Assembly: GCA_963788655.1 (NCBI GenBank)
Contig: CAWBHS010000101.1
Span: 1-64,000 of the forward strand
DNA: 64,000 bases
Reading direction: 5' to 3'
Origin: an uncultured Verrucomicrobiae bacterium
GTDB taxonomy: Bacteria; Verrucomicrobiota; Verrucomicrobiia; Limisphaerales; JAFGQR01
Below, in pieces: positions 33,346-44,613 of the stretch (positions are counted from its first letter, which is position 1; every line of letters begins with the position of its first letter). The notes beneath the pieces are model-generated. The model saw only the letters and a program-made list of their open reading frames with translations, did no database searches and was not told the origin of the DNA. A program made the position numbers and the translations under genes.

Positions 33346-36300
33346 CTACTTCAATTCCGCCAATACTCTGGTAGCCTCCGCGAACCAAGTGGCATTGGTG
33401 TCGAGAGCTTGAGCTTTCTTGATGGCGGCGCGGCATTCTTCAGTTTCTCCCAACCGGTAGTGCGCCATGCCCAAGTGGAACAGCAACTCCGCATCGGTGG
33501 GGCGTTTCCGGGCGGCGGTTTGCAGGATTTGCACTGCCCGCCGGTGGTCGCCGTGTTTCGATGTCAGGATGCCGAGAATCTTGGCGACTTCCGCATCGCC
33601 GGGAAAGGCACCGTAGGCTTTGAGCGCATGGTCATAAGCCTTCTGTTCCTGGACCGGCGCTTGAAAATACAGTTTGGCAAGCTGTTGGTCGGCGGGAGCA
33701 AACAGCGGATAACGGGCCAGCACTTTTTCGAAAGTCCGTTTCGCCGCGGTTGAATCGCCCTGTTGCCGCGCAATGACGCCAAGTGCCATCAGCGCGGGAA
33801 CATAATCCGGTTCGGCCTTGAGCAATTCCTGAACGTGCGCCTCCGCGGCCCGCGCTTGGTCCGGCTCCTGAAAAAGTGCGGCTACGGACACGAAACGCCG
33901 GGCGTCGTTGGCTTGCGGGAAGTCCTGGTTCAATTGTAATGCTTTGTTCATTTGCGCAGTGGCCTCGGGCACCCGGCCAACACTGTAATAACTACGCCCG
34001 AGATCGTACGCGACTTCTGCCTGTTCGCCCAACTTGCTGGCGGCCACCACTTGAAGGCTCAACGCCCATTCGTAGTCTCTGGCGTCGAAGGCCAGGCGGC
34101 CCAGCGTATGGGCCACATTGGGATCGTCGGCGTCCAAATCGTGCGCCGTCTTTTCCAACTCGAACGCTTTGGCATCATTATGGAAATGGCGCAAATGAAG
34201 CAGCGCCAATTGGTGCAGTACCGGCACGGCTTTGGGATTGGATTTTAGCGTTCGTTCGTACGTGGACCGTGCCTGGTTCCAGGCGTTCTGACTTTCATAA
34301 AATGCCCCCAAACGCAAAGCCACCACCGGGTCAGCCGGACGCTCATTGCTGGCTTGCTCCAGGGTGGTCACCGTCGCTGCATCGATGGCTGCCTGGTCGA
34401 TCGCCAGCATTTTGAGACACCGTTGCGCCTCGTTCTGTCCGGCAAAATCTTTTCCGGAATCGACCGCCCGCTGGAAAGCCTTCCGCGCGGGTTCTTCCTT
34501 GCCCATCAGGTAATAGGCCATGCCCAAGTGGAAATGCACGTCGGCATCGTCGGGCAACTGCCGGGCGCTCTCATTCAACAGGACCGCCGCCCCGGGATAA
34601 TCGCCTTGCTTGAACAGCACCCAGCCCAAGGTATCGGCCACGGGCGCTTCGTGCGGCCGGCGCTGGCGGGCGCTTTGGGCGAGCTCGTACGCTTGGTCCA
34701 GCTCTCCAAAATGCTCGGCGTAAAGGTAGGCCAAGTTGTTTTGAGCATCGCTGAACTCCGGGTTGATTTTGAGCAACCGTTCGTAAGTCGTCTTGGCGTT
34801 GGCGTAGTCCTTGGCCTTCTCGTAAAGCAGCGCCATGGTCAGCAACGCCAACTGGTCCTTCGGGTTGTGCGTCAGTCGCCCTTCCATCGTGCGCAAGTGC
34901 TTTTTCGTACTGCTGCGTCATCGAGTAAATCTGCGCCAGCAATACATAAGCGCCCATGGCGTCGGGATCGAGTTCGATGGTCTTCAGCAACTCCGCCTCG
35001 GTCTTTGGCACGTCGTTTTTGGCCGCATACACTTTGGCCAGCAGGAAATGAAGCCGGGGCGCATTGGGCCGCTTGGCAAGCTGCTCCTGGATGCGCTGAA
35101 ACGCCGCGTCGATCTTCTTCTCCTCTACGTCCATTTCGAGGAGTTCGTCCAATGCCGGCAGAAACTGCGGCGAGATCGCCAGCGCTTTTTCAAAATAGGA
35201 ACGGGCTTCAGCGTTCTTTTTTTGCTGACGCAGGATCTGCCCGGCCCAATAAGGAATTTCGGGATTGGGCGATGCGGACTGCATCAATTGGCGATAGAGC
35301 GCCAAGGCTTGTTCGGAGCGGCCCTGGTTGCGATAGGCATCCGCCAACAAGGATTGCGCGGATTGGTTGTCCGCGTGTTTCTCCAGGAACGCCGTGAGCG
35401 CGGTGACGGCAGACGCGGGATCGCCCCGGCGGGTCTGCAAATCGGCCAGGAGCAAGACGGTATCGGCATCGCCGGGATTCCAGGTCATGCCCTCCTGAAG
35501 ACTGTTAATGGCCGCATCGACGTTCTTGTTCCGGAGATGCGCGAGGGCCAGTTGCGTGTAAATCCGGCTGACCGCCGGATACAAACGCTTCAACCGTTCG
35601 AGCCGGGTGATGGCTGGTTCGATTCGTCCCTGGGCCAGATCGAGACGGCTCGCCAGCATCAGCGCATCGTAGTTCATCGTGTCCCGGGCGAGCACTTTCT
35701 TCACGAGCGCGTCGCCCTCGGTGTAATTGGTCTGGGCAAAGGTCACTTCCGCCAACCGGTTCAGCGCCGGCAAGTAATCAGGGGTCGCCTGGACCATCTC
35801 CTCCAGGAGCCGTTTGCCTGCGGCCACGTCGCCGGAACTGAGTTTGAATTCCGCGTAGTGCAATCGCGATACCGCCCGAGCTGGCGCTTGTTGGATGGCG
35901 GTTTTAAACTCGCGGTTGGCTAACGCGAGATTGGTCTGCTGGAGATACCAATTGCCCCAACTCCAATGAGCGGCGCGGGAGTTCGGATCAATTGCCAGCG
36001 CCTGCCGAATGGCGGCTTCGGCTCCGGCGAAATCTTGCTTTCGCAGCAAGAGCTTGCTGAGCGCCACGTGAAAGGCCGCCGTGTCCTTTGCCTGCGGACG
36101 GAGCTGTTCCAGTCGTTGCAACACCTCGTCAATGGCCTCCGGCGCCATCGCCGTGTCAGCCAGCACCTGCAACGCTTCGGCGTGCGCCGGTTGTTTCTGC
36201 AAAACGTAATCCACTTCTTCGCGCGCCCCCTTCAGGTTCCGATCCGCGAGATGCAACAGGGCCAGTTTTACGCGGACGTCCAGATTGTCGGGTTCCAGTT

Positions 36301-36595
36301 CCTTGGCTTTGGTCAGGAAGGCGTGGGCTTTGATGAGCTGGCCGTCGGCCTGATAGATCAGGCCCAGATGGGCGATGCCCTCGGCGTTCTCCCGCAAATC
36401 CAAGTGCAGCACATTCAGGTATTCCAACTCCGCCTCGTCGTATTGGCCGTCGGCAAAATACTGGTTCGCCCGCTCCAAATGCCGGGCCACCTTCGCCTGG
36501 CGGGAACAACCGACGCCGGCGACCAACCCGCCTGCAAGCGCCAGGATCAATAAGCGCGATCGCTGCGTGACAACTCTGCTGATCTTGTGAGCCAT
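33346..36595 (-). CDS. Long TPR-repeat lipoprotein (PrsT-like), one frameshift near 34890
   Basis: Lipobox VGC followed by A..Y...G.Y..A..EY.N.L; many TPRs; NNLAYLY and DTLGW motifs. Confidence 0.85.
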
Positions 36596-36977
36596 GTGAT
36601 CATCTTGTCTAAATTCAGTTTGTAACCTACGTCGCTCACCCGAGATGAAAAGCCGTTTTCTGGCCGAAGCGAACGGGACGCGACGATAGCGAGCAACCGG
36701 ATTTCCGCCCGCACCATTCTGGCAGCAGGAACTCAACCACTCATCCCGAACATCGCGCGGGCCTATCACAGCCGGAGGCGTGGGACAATTTGCGCGAATG
36801 CGGTTTGTGCCAGACCACCCCCGCGCGGGTGGGCACAACTGCCAACGAAAAAGCCGACCGGCGCTCTTGGGCAGACATGAAGGTTTTCTTCGCTGAATTG
36901 TTCCAATAATGGAAGCGCCGCCGGCGACGGCCAAATGCCAACGTCCGTTCGCGCGTGTTCTAAAAGTACTGATACCT

Positions 36978-37051
36978 GTAGCCACCGATGTGAGGAGGTG
37001 GACCTTTTGGCCACTTGGCGCCGGCGAATCCGCCTCACGATCGGCTGTTAC
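36978..37051. repeat. Degenerate REP-like doublet family C
   Basis: gtagccaccgatgtgaggaggtgga ... tccgcctcacgatcggctgttac. Confidence 0.55.
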
Positions 37052-37077
37052 CAAGCTTGAAACAGTCTAAGAGCGCT

Positions 37078-38364
37078 TCAGGCTTTTACCGGTTGATGTT
37101 TGCTCAAGTTAGCCGGGTCGAAATCCACACCCAAACCGGGGCCGGTGGGGACTTTGATTTTCCCATCGACGACGTTGAGCGGCGATGTCTTGCACTCGAA
37201 TTGCACGTTTGTTCCCAGGCCTTTGAACTCATGATGCGGCATGGCATTGGGCAGCGCGGAAACAAAGTGCATCATGTAAAGGAACCCGAGTCCGCCCCCT
37301 GACATGTGCGGCGTGCAACTCTTACCAAAGGCGGCGGCCATGCGCGCCACCTGCATGCAGCGGATCATGCCACCGAAATAATAATTGTCCGGCTGCACGA
37401 TTTGCAGTGCATCATTGGCGATGAGCCAGCGAAAGCCGTGCAGGCTGTATTCCTGTTCGCCACCGGCGATGGGCAGCGAAAGCGCGTTGGCCACCTGTTT
37501 GGTTTCTTCATGCCAGTCGAACATCACCGGCTCCTCGAAAAAGCCATATCCGTATTCTTGCGAGCAACTTGCCCACGCGGATCGCTTCCGCGACGGAATA
37601 AAACCCGTTGGCATCCGCATACAACGCCATTTGATCACCAAAGGTTTTTCGGATGAGGGGAATCATTGTTTCCGTTCGGCCGGGCGGCCCGGCGGCATGG
37701 ATATCGGTGGTCATGAACATGAGTCCGCCGATTTTGATTTTCAGGGCATGGGCATTGTATTTAGCGACATCCCGTTTGATCAGAGCCAAGGATTCTCGAC
37801 CGATTTTTCGCGGTATTCCGTCGCCTGGTAAACCGCGACTTCCGGGTGATGGATGTCACCAATCAATTCGCCGATGGGTTTCTGGGCGAGGCGCCCCAGC
37901 ATATCGAGAATGGCGAACTCGATCGTGGCGAGCGGCGTACCAATGGAGATCCCATTGAACCGAAAATTGAAGCCGTAGATAAACACCTTCTTCAAGAGGA
38001 GATCGAGGTCCCGGGCATCCTTGCCAAGAAAGAACGGTCGCAGGTTGTGGAGGAAGAACGGGTAGAGCGTTCTCAGCAGACCGTGCCCAACCGAAATTCC
38101 TTCCGCACCGTCCCGCGAACGCACGCGGCACAGGAAACTGTCCTTATACCGCAGCAATTCCAAGCTCTCGATGATGACGGGGGTGGGGAAAAGCTCACGT
38201 TTCAGCACCGGTTGCCGAAGAATTTCATCCAGCCTGGCAAGCCGAGCGTTTTGGCTGCTGGAGCCCGAGCGCGGAACAGCAGCGCCCGGGGCCGAATGCG
38301 GCAACGCGGCTGCCACGCTGCCGAGCAGGCCGGCCTTAACGAAACCACGCCGATTGGTTTTCAT
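37078..38364 (-). CDS. Tat-exported mandelate racemase/muconate lactonizing enzyme family protein, two frameshifts
   Basis: RRGF Tat motif; KIK, DAN, EEP, GGEQE and QPD metal-ligand motifs spread over three ORFs. Confidence 0.88.
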
Positions 38365-38589
38365 AGAATGTTTTTCAATCACACCTCAAGATGGAGTGGG
38401 CCCTGGTCTTCGCCACAGCGAAGGACCACGCTCATCCTCGTCAATGCCTATTTGGTGACGTTCGTCACCATGGACAAATTCTTCGAAGTTCTGTGCGAAC
38501 AAGATCATGCGGACGCGATGGCCAAAACGAAAGCTCCGAGTTGGGCTACGGGGTGAGGAGGCGCGCATCCCACGCCGCAGCACTCCCCG

Positions 38590-38960
38590 CAGCTTATTAA
38601 TCAGAATCCCAATCGCGCTGATGACGTTGAGCTGGCTGACCAGCAGGGAATCATTGTTCGCCGGATTCTATCAATCCATCACCCGTGCCCGCACCGTTTT
38701 CTGCCTTTCGGTTCTCCGCACTGGGTAGAAGGCGGCCGCAGGCCGGATGAGGTGTGCCCATGCCTCATGGTCGAATCGGTATCAGCCACAGGAACTTTGA
38801 TGCCTTCTTCGATCAATAAATAAACTTCGGAATTCGCCTGTTCCAACAACATGGCCGAACGGTCTTGGGCTAGTTCATTTATGGTGGTGCCAATGGCTTC
38901 GGGCGGCAACGCGGGATTCAACTGCCCCCAAGGCCTTGCCCAACCGGGTAACCAAGACAT
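38590..38960 (-). pseudogene. hsdR: Decayed N-terminal fragment of type I restriction subunit HsdR
   Basis: LNPALPPEAI...EL..DRSAM.LE.AN.EVY.LI.EGIKV, then in a shifted frame QKTVRARVMD**NPANND.LLVSQ with two in-frame stops. Confidence 0.75.
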
Positions 38961-38996
38961 CGCCTATCTGAACGGCTTGTCGCTAAGAGGAATTAC

Positions 38997-39010
38997 TGAC
39001 CCGTAGTTTA
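38997..39010 (+). promoter_or_regulatory. Candidate C-protein operator upstream of the CR operon
   Basis: TGACCCGTAGTTTA; exact inverted copy at 41831-41844. Confidence 0.6.
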
Positions 39011-39050
39011 GCTCGGTGGTGAGATCTGTCTGAAGTGGTAGTTAAATTGC

Positions 39051-39269
39051 GTGCTTCAACGAAAACTTGGGCAACGCATCGCAACCCTTCGTCGGGCGAA
39101 GAAGCTCACACAAGAGCAACTTGCCGAAGCTGTGGGCTGTTCAGTTGATTTCATCAGCCTCGTAGAGCGCGGCGTAAATGCGCCCTCGGTTGCCGGCTTG
39201 GAAAAGTTCGCCAAAGTCCTGAAACTTGAGGTCAAGGAGTTGTTCTCTTTTGGGGAGAAGAAGCGATGA
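39051..39269 (+). CDS. XRE-family HTH protein, probable R-M controller (C) protein
   Basis: 72 aa, LG.RI..LR....LTQE.LAE......IS.VERG...PS; ATGA overlap with the endonuclease gene. Confidence 0.85.
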   Translation: MLQRKLGQRIATLRRAKKLTQEQLAEAVGCSVDFISLVERGVNAPSVAGLEKFAKVLKLEVKELFSFGEKKR

Positions 39270-40171
39270 GTAAAGGGGACGCATACGTTGCGCGGCTAAC
39301 GGCTACGCTGGGGAGCGTTGCCGAGCACCTACGCGCCAAAGGTATTGTCGAACGTCACCTGACTTTCGGAGGCGAGGGGCAGCCACCAACCCGGAAGCCG
39401 ACCGTGCCGACGGACGCGCGTTCCGAATTCCTCGCCAATCGGGCAATGGGCGATTGGGCCGAAAAGAGTCTGTCAGCCGCCCTTGTCTGTGCGCTGCCCG
39501 AATGGAAAGTCGTGCAATACGGCAGCACCGACCGCATTGCGGCAGGTTATCCCGATTTCAAGGCGCGTTACCTCGCTGGGCTTGAAGAAACCCGGTGTTT
39601 TGGCAAACGGCCGGACTTGCTGCTTTTCCCGGCGAAGGCTTCAGTGGCAGCGGACGTATCCGAACTCAGACATACGGACACTGAACCGCTGGTGACGCAG
39701 GCCGTCGCAGCAGTAGAAGTTCGCTCTAGTAAATTCGAAGCGCTGACTTACATCGCGATCCGCAAGCGTCAGCGCGAGGCTGGCAACAAGACCGGCAGAG
39801 AAACGCCGAGCTTTACGGTGAAAGTCGAGGACCTCGTGATTGTCTATCGCTGGTTGGAGCGACATCGTATTTCGCAGACCTATTGTCAGGTGTTCTTCGA
39901 TTCAGTCTTCGCCATCAACTTCCTCGACATCTTCGCCACCATCGCGAGCGGAAGCGGCTTCAGCATCGAGACACCGGAGAAGAGTCAGGAGAAGGCGACG
40001 ATCATGATTCCCATCACCAGCGGCATACAAATCGGACGTGCCACTGCCATCCCAACATTTGCGGCAGAGCATCGAGTCACGGAACTCGGGCGGCACGATG
40101 CGTACGTCGTCCCCCAAGGCGGCGGCTTTGAACTCGACCCGACGGCGACGAAGCAGGTTTTTCTGGCGTAG
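39266..40171 (+). CDS. AccI-family type II restriction endonuclease
   Basis: PT...SEFL.N...GDWAE, YG.....AG...F, GKRPD, AVEVRSS, K.ED, QVFFD, Q.K.TI motifs as recalled for RE_AccI. Confidence 0.8.
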   Translation: MSKGDAYVARLTATLGSVAEHLRAKGIVERHLTFGGEGQPPTRKPTVPTDARSEFLANRAMGDWAEKSLSAALVCALPEWKVVQYGSTDRIAAGYPDFKARYLAGLEETRCFGKRPDLLLFPAKASVAADVSELRHTDTEPLVTQAVAAVEVRSSKFEALTYIAIRKRQREAGNKTGRETPSFTVKVEDLVIVYRWLERHRISQTYCQVFFDSVFAINFLDIFATIASGSGFSIETPEKSQEKATIMIPITSGIQIGRATAIPTFAAEHRVTELGRHDAYVVPQGGGFELDPTATKQVFLA

Positions 40172-41809
40172 CGCTGGCTTCGAGGTAACACGCCGCAAGT
40201 TTGTCAATGTGCGCCGTTCGCTCGGCCAGCGGCAACTTCTCCAATTCAATCAGCTTGCGCGTAAGTTCGCTCGGCCTCGGTTCGACTCAATTCCGGCATC
40301 ACCGGGCAGGGCATGGCTTCAACGTCTTTGGGTTCGAGCTTATTCAAGCCCGTCCCCGTAAAACCGGTTCACCTGCGAGAACGCCCGCCGTCCGCCGGAA
40401 CTGTTCAGGAACACCGTCATCAGCGGCGGCAAGGCTTCGCTGCCAGGTTTGGCATAGAGGCCGTGGAAACAGGTCAGGTTCTTTGCCCCGGATGGTGTTC
40501 AGGATAAACTTCACCGACTCGCGCGAGAACACCGCGACCCAGATGTCTGCTACGGCGCGGTTTTCCGGCAGATACCAAACCGGCCGATGACTGGGCAGAT
40601 GCCGCTTCAGGAATGCCTCGATGCTTCCCCAAGTTTAAGGTAACGGATGAGGTTTTGCCCGTTGCGCGACCGGATTCAGCAGAAAGCACCGCCGGTCACG
40701 CTCGGCCAGTGCGTCAAATTTCTCTCGGGTGAACACCAACCCGTCCGCATCCACGGCCTTCGTGATGCAAGGCTCAACATGCGCGTCCGTCAGATAATGT
40801 TCGCGCAGATCCGCGCGACTGAGACAAAAGAAATCGTTTGCTCCCGTCGCGATGCCACGCCGGCAATTAAAGTAATCGCCGACGCGCTTCGGGAATAACG
40901 CTGAACCGTGTCGGTGCGCATTCCGTTGAAAAGCAGGTTCAGCCATTTGTCGTGAGGATCGAGCAACGTAAGATCAATGCAGCCGTTGCTCAGCGCGTCC
41001 GACCATTCCCGGCGCAGAGCTTGCGAACAAACGTCTCCGCTTCCTCAATGGATTCAATGCGCTTTGCCCACCCAGGAGCATCTCGGCGAACGGCCCTTGT
41101 CGAGGAACACGATGGCGCTGGTGGTGAGAGCGTCGGCAAACACATTGAGCGACGGCGCAAAGACCACGAAGCGCCGTCGGGCGAATCGCTCGCAACAATC
41201 CGCTCCTTGATTTCCTCGCCGAAGTTCGCGTTCAGAAATTCCGCCGGCAGAATAACGGCGGCGCGACCATCCGGCGCGAGGTCTTCCCAAATCTTAAGCA
41301 GGAACAGCGCGTAGAGATTCGTGAGCCGGTCCAATGGCGTGCCGAGGCGCTCCTCAAAATAAACACCAGTCCTTTTCCGAGTAGTCGAGCCGGTGCGCCT
41401 TCACGTAAGGAGGGTTGGCAATGATGCCGTCGAACAAGCCAGTGTCGGACTTGAGATAATCCGCCAAAATCAACTTTGCGCCGCGCGGCGCAGTCTCCTT
41501 CGCGCGCTGCAACGTCTCGGTGTCCCGCTCCACACCCACCAAGAGCACACCTCCGTCGAGTTGACGACACGCCGCCAATAACCCGCCCAAACCCGCAGCC
41601 GGATCAAGCACTCTGCTCGGCTTCGCTGACATCACCCACTGCGCCATCAACGCTGCTATCGGCTCAGGTGTGGCGACCTGCCCAAGTTGCTTGGTCTCCC
41701 GCTGCCACAAAGCGATCGAAGCAAACAAGTCCGCTCCGCCCGTGGCGACCTCCACGGCGTTTGGCTCGTAGTAGAGCGAGAGGAATGTTTGATTGTCGCG
41801 CAACTTCAT
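40172..41809 (-). CDS. N6-adenine DNA methyltransferase (gamma class), heavily frameshifted; 3' end approximate
   Basis: TPEPIA, VLDPAAGLG, IIANPPY, NLY.LF, P.EFLN..FG, RGIATGAN.FF and GL.K.EP.D in successive frames. Confidence 0.8.
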
Positions 41810-41830
41810 CGGCAAAAGTTTGCCAGCAGT

Positions 41831-41844
41831 TAAACTACGGGTCA
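41831..41844 (-). promoter_or_regulatory. Candidate C-protein operator overlapping the -35 of the methyltransferase promoter
   Basis: Minus strand TTGACC-N17-CAAACT contains TGACCCGTAGTTTA. Confidence 0.6.
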
Positions 41845-41925
41845 ATACAAGTGTCGCCCGATTTCCTGTTCATCTTGCGATTGTTCGGCAGAGACCTTGG
41901 TCGAATCCCTTCACTGCCTCCCGCA

Positions 41926-43173
41926 CTACCCTTCCACCACTTTCGCCCCCTTCAAAACTTCCTTCGGCTCGGCGATGCCCACGCCCGGTCCCTGGGGCAC
42001 GGTAATGGCGCCATCACGGATGTGCAGCCGGGGATGGAACCAATCGCCATAGACTTCGACTCCTTTTTTGTATTCTTGAAACAATCCGATTTGGGGCGTG
42101 CGCGAGGCGAAGTGCAGCATATAGACACAACCGAATCCGCCGGAGATGTGGACGGTGGTCGGCATGCCGCGTAACTCGGCCATGCGGGCCACGCGGATGG
42201 ATCGGATCAGGCCGCCGTAATAGTGCAGATCCGGCTGCACGATGTCCGTGACGTGATTGCGAATGGCCCATTGGAAACGCCATTGGCTGGATTCCTGTTC
42301 GCCGCCCGCCACCGGGATGGTCAACGCTTCTGTGACTTTTCGCGTGTCTTCGAGATGGTCGAACGGACACGGTTCCTCGAAATAGACAGCGTTGATGTCT
42401 TCCAGCATGCGGCCCACTTCCATGGCGTGCGCCGGATTGTAGGAACTGTTGGCGTCCGCATGAATGGCCATTTTGTCGCCCAGTGCCTTGCGGGAAAGCG
42501 GGATCAAATTCCTGGTGCGACCGGGCAACGCGTCCGCGTTGCGGCTCATGCGTCCGCCCACGCGGTATTTGACGGCGGTAGCCCCGGTATCCTCGATGAG
42601 GCGTTTCAAGTGATCGACCTCCTCCTGCGGCGTGGTGTCGCGCCGGCTGCTCGCCACGTAAAACGGCACGCGGGTGCGAATCACACCGCCCAGCAAATCA
42701 CCCAACGACTTGCCCGTCAGTCGGCCCAGCAAATCAAGTATGGCAAACTCCACCCACGCCACCGGGCACCAGAACGCCAATCCCTGAAGCTTGTAATTCG
42801 AGCGGAACCGATAGACACCAAAAAGGTGTTCCTCCAAATCCCGCGCGTCCTTCCCGAGGAAATAGGGAATGACCAACTCGTTCAATATCGGCGCCAGCAA
42901 TCGCGCCCGGCCGTTGTCCACGGCAATGCCTTCCGCGCCGTCTTTCGACCGGACGCGCACAAAGTAATCCCGCCCCTGACGAAGCAGATCGATGGACTCA
43001 ATGATAACCGGGCTGGTCAATCCCTTCAGGTCGAGGATGGGCCGGGAGGCAGCTTGCTCCAAGGCGGTATCCTCAACCTTGTCGCTTGGGCCGGCGGTTG
43101 AACGAATTGTGAGCCAGGGAATTGCAGCCGCCGTGCCGGCAGTTCCCAGGAAACCGCGTCGAGTGAATTTCAT
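41926..43173 (-). CDS. Tat-exported mandelate racemase/muconate lactonizing enzyme family protein (paralog of 37078-38364)
   Basis: [49 protein letters not shown]. Confidence 0.92.
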   Translation of the reverse strand: MKFTRRGFLGTAGTAAAIPWLTIRSTAGPSDKVEDTALEQAASRPILDLKGLTSPVIIESIDLLRQGRDYFVRVRSKDGAEGIAVDNGRARLLAPILNELVIPYFLGKDARDLEEHLFGVYRFRSNYKLQGLAFWCPVAWVEFAILDLLGRLTGKSLGDLLGGVIRTRVPFYVASSRRDTTPQEEVDHLKRLIEDTGATAVKYRVGGRMSRNADALPGRTRNLIPLSRKALGDKMAIHADANSSYNPAHAMEVGRMLEDINAVYFEEPCPFDHLEDTRKVTEALTIPVAGGEQESSQWRFQWAIRNHVTDIVQPDLHYYGGLIRSIRVARMAELRGMPTTVHISGGFGCVYMLHFASRTPQIGLFQEYKKGVEVYGDWFHPRLHIRDGAITVPQGPGVGIAEPKEVLKGAKVVEG

Positions 43174-43304
43174 GAGGGGGGCTTAAACGAACGGAACCCG
43201 AAGGGCGAGCTTAAATTCCTATGACCGGCCAGGTGAATTCAGAGACAGCTTGGGGGTGGAGAAAGGTTTGTCAGGATAAAAAGTCGAAGGCGCAAAACGA
43301 TGAA

Positions 43305-44613
43305 TCAGCTCTGCCCGATGGACCTGGCGCCGACGGGCAACAGATTCCCGTTTGCATCAAAGCTCAATTCCTCCGGTTCGACTCACCGCCTCCAGATGCG
43401 CCTGTTGCCCCACGTAATCCGCCAAGCTTTGCGAGGCTTCCAGATGCTCCAAAGACAACGTGTCCCGAATACGCACGACCTTGGCGCCGTGCGGTTCGCC
43501 GGCGGGCACTGTCGCCAGAGCATGAGTGATGGCTTCGCGATCAGTATCGAAGTGCATTGGAATTTTAACGCCGTTCAACGACAGCGACGTGAGCACGTTC
43601 TGGTAGGTCTTCTGCCGGTCGATGGCCCGCACCAGCCGGGTCGTAGTAAAGTCGGCCATACCGACGCCGATGGCGTTACCGTGCGTTTCGGGGGTCAGGT
43701 CCCGAACGAACAAGCGCCGGACCATCGGCCGTTGCGACGACGCGTCATTGAGCGCCGAGGAATAACCCTGAATATCCCGCCCGATGACGTTCGGGTCCAT
43801 GCCGGTGCCGCTGATGTCCTTGCCCAACCGATCGACAATCAGCAAATCGATGTCGTCGAAGGGCAACCGCGGCATTAGACGCTTGGCTTCCGCGAACAAC
43901 TCGGCCTCGACGCGCTCGAAATCCGCCGCGAGAATCACCGCAATGCGGGCCGGTTGATGAACCTGGTTTTCGACGATGCCGACCCCCAACAGAATGGGCA
44001 CGGTTTTCAAAACGAGCCGGGCCGCTGAGCGAATAACGCGCTCATGTCCCCATTGCCCGGCGGCGGCGTGAAAACGGGCGGCGCCTTCCTGCTTGCCCAA
44101 TCCCACCACCAACATTTTCAAAAGGCCACTCCCCTGGACGGCGCTGTCGTAATCCGTGTGGGGCTTGATGCGATTCACCACCACCACGCCATCGGCTTGC
44201 AAAGCTTCCATGGCAGTGCAGACCTCCAATCCTTCTTCGGTGACGCCAATGGGCGAACTCTCCATGCCGGCGTGAATGGGGACTTCCAACCCCTCTTCGG
44301 TCAGACCGTATTCGGCCAGGATTTCGCGTTGGCCCGCCGGGGTGGCGCCGCCATGACTGCCCATGGCCGGGAGCAGAAAAGGTTCGGCACCCGCGGCTTT
44401 GAGCAACTCCAGCACCGTCGCCACAATCGGGCGCAACTGGGAAATGCCGCGACTCCCCACGGCAACACCAATTCGCGCGCCCGGCTTGAGCCGTGGTTGA
44501 ACCCTGGCCAATTCCATCCGCAGCGTTTGCGCGACATCCACCGGCGGCGGCACGGCGAAGTGCTGCCGGAGCTTGAACATTTTCGGGAACCGGTGTGGTG
44601 GATTTGAAATCAT
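43305..44613 (-). CDS. LarA-like / DUF2088-DUF362 family protein, small frameshift at the C-terminus
   Basis: VGSRGI, PAMGSHGG, NRIKPHT, SGL.KM...GLGK, GK.ISG.GMD.N; alternative frame ends ..FDANGNL. Confidence 0.8.

Noticed and set aside
36596..37054. 153-aa N-terminal extension of the TPR protein
   Set aside because: Runs through a REP and intergenic DNA; the lipoprotein signal begins at ATG 36595
38420..38556. Protein-like + strand stretch (TLILVNAYLVTFVTMDKFFEVL...)
   Set aside because: Too short, lacks a start and cannot be assigned without a search
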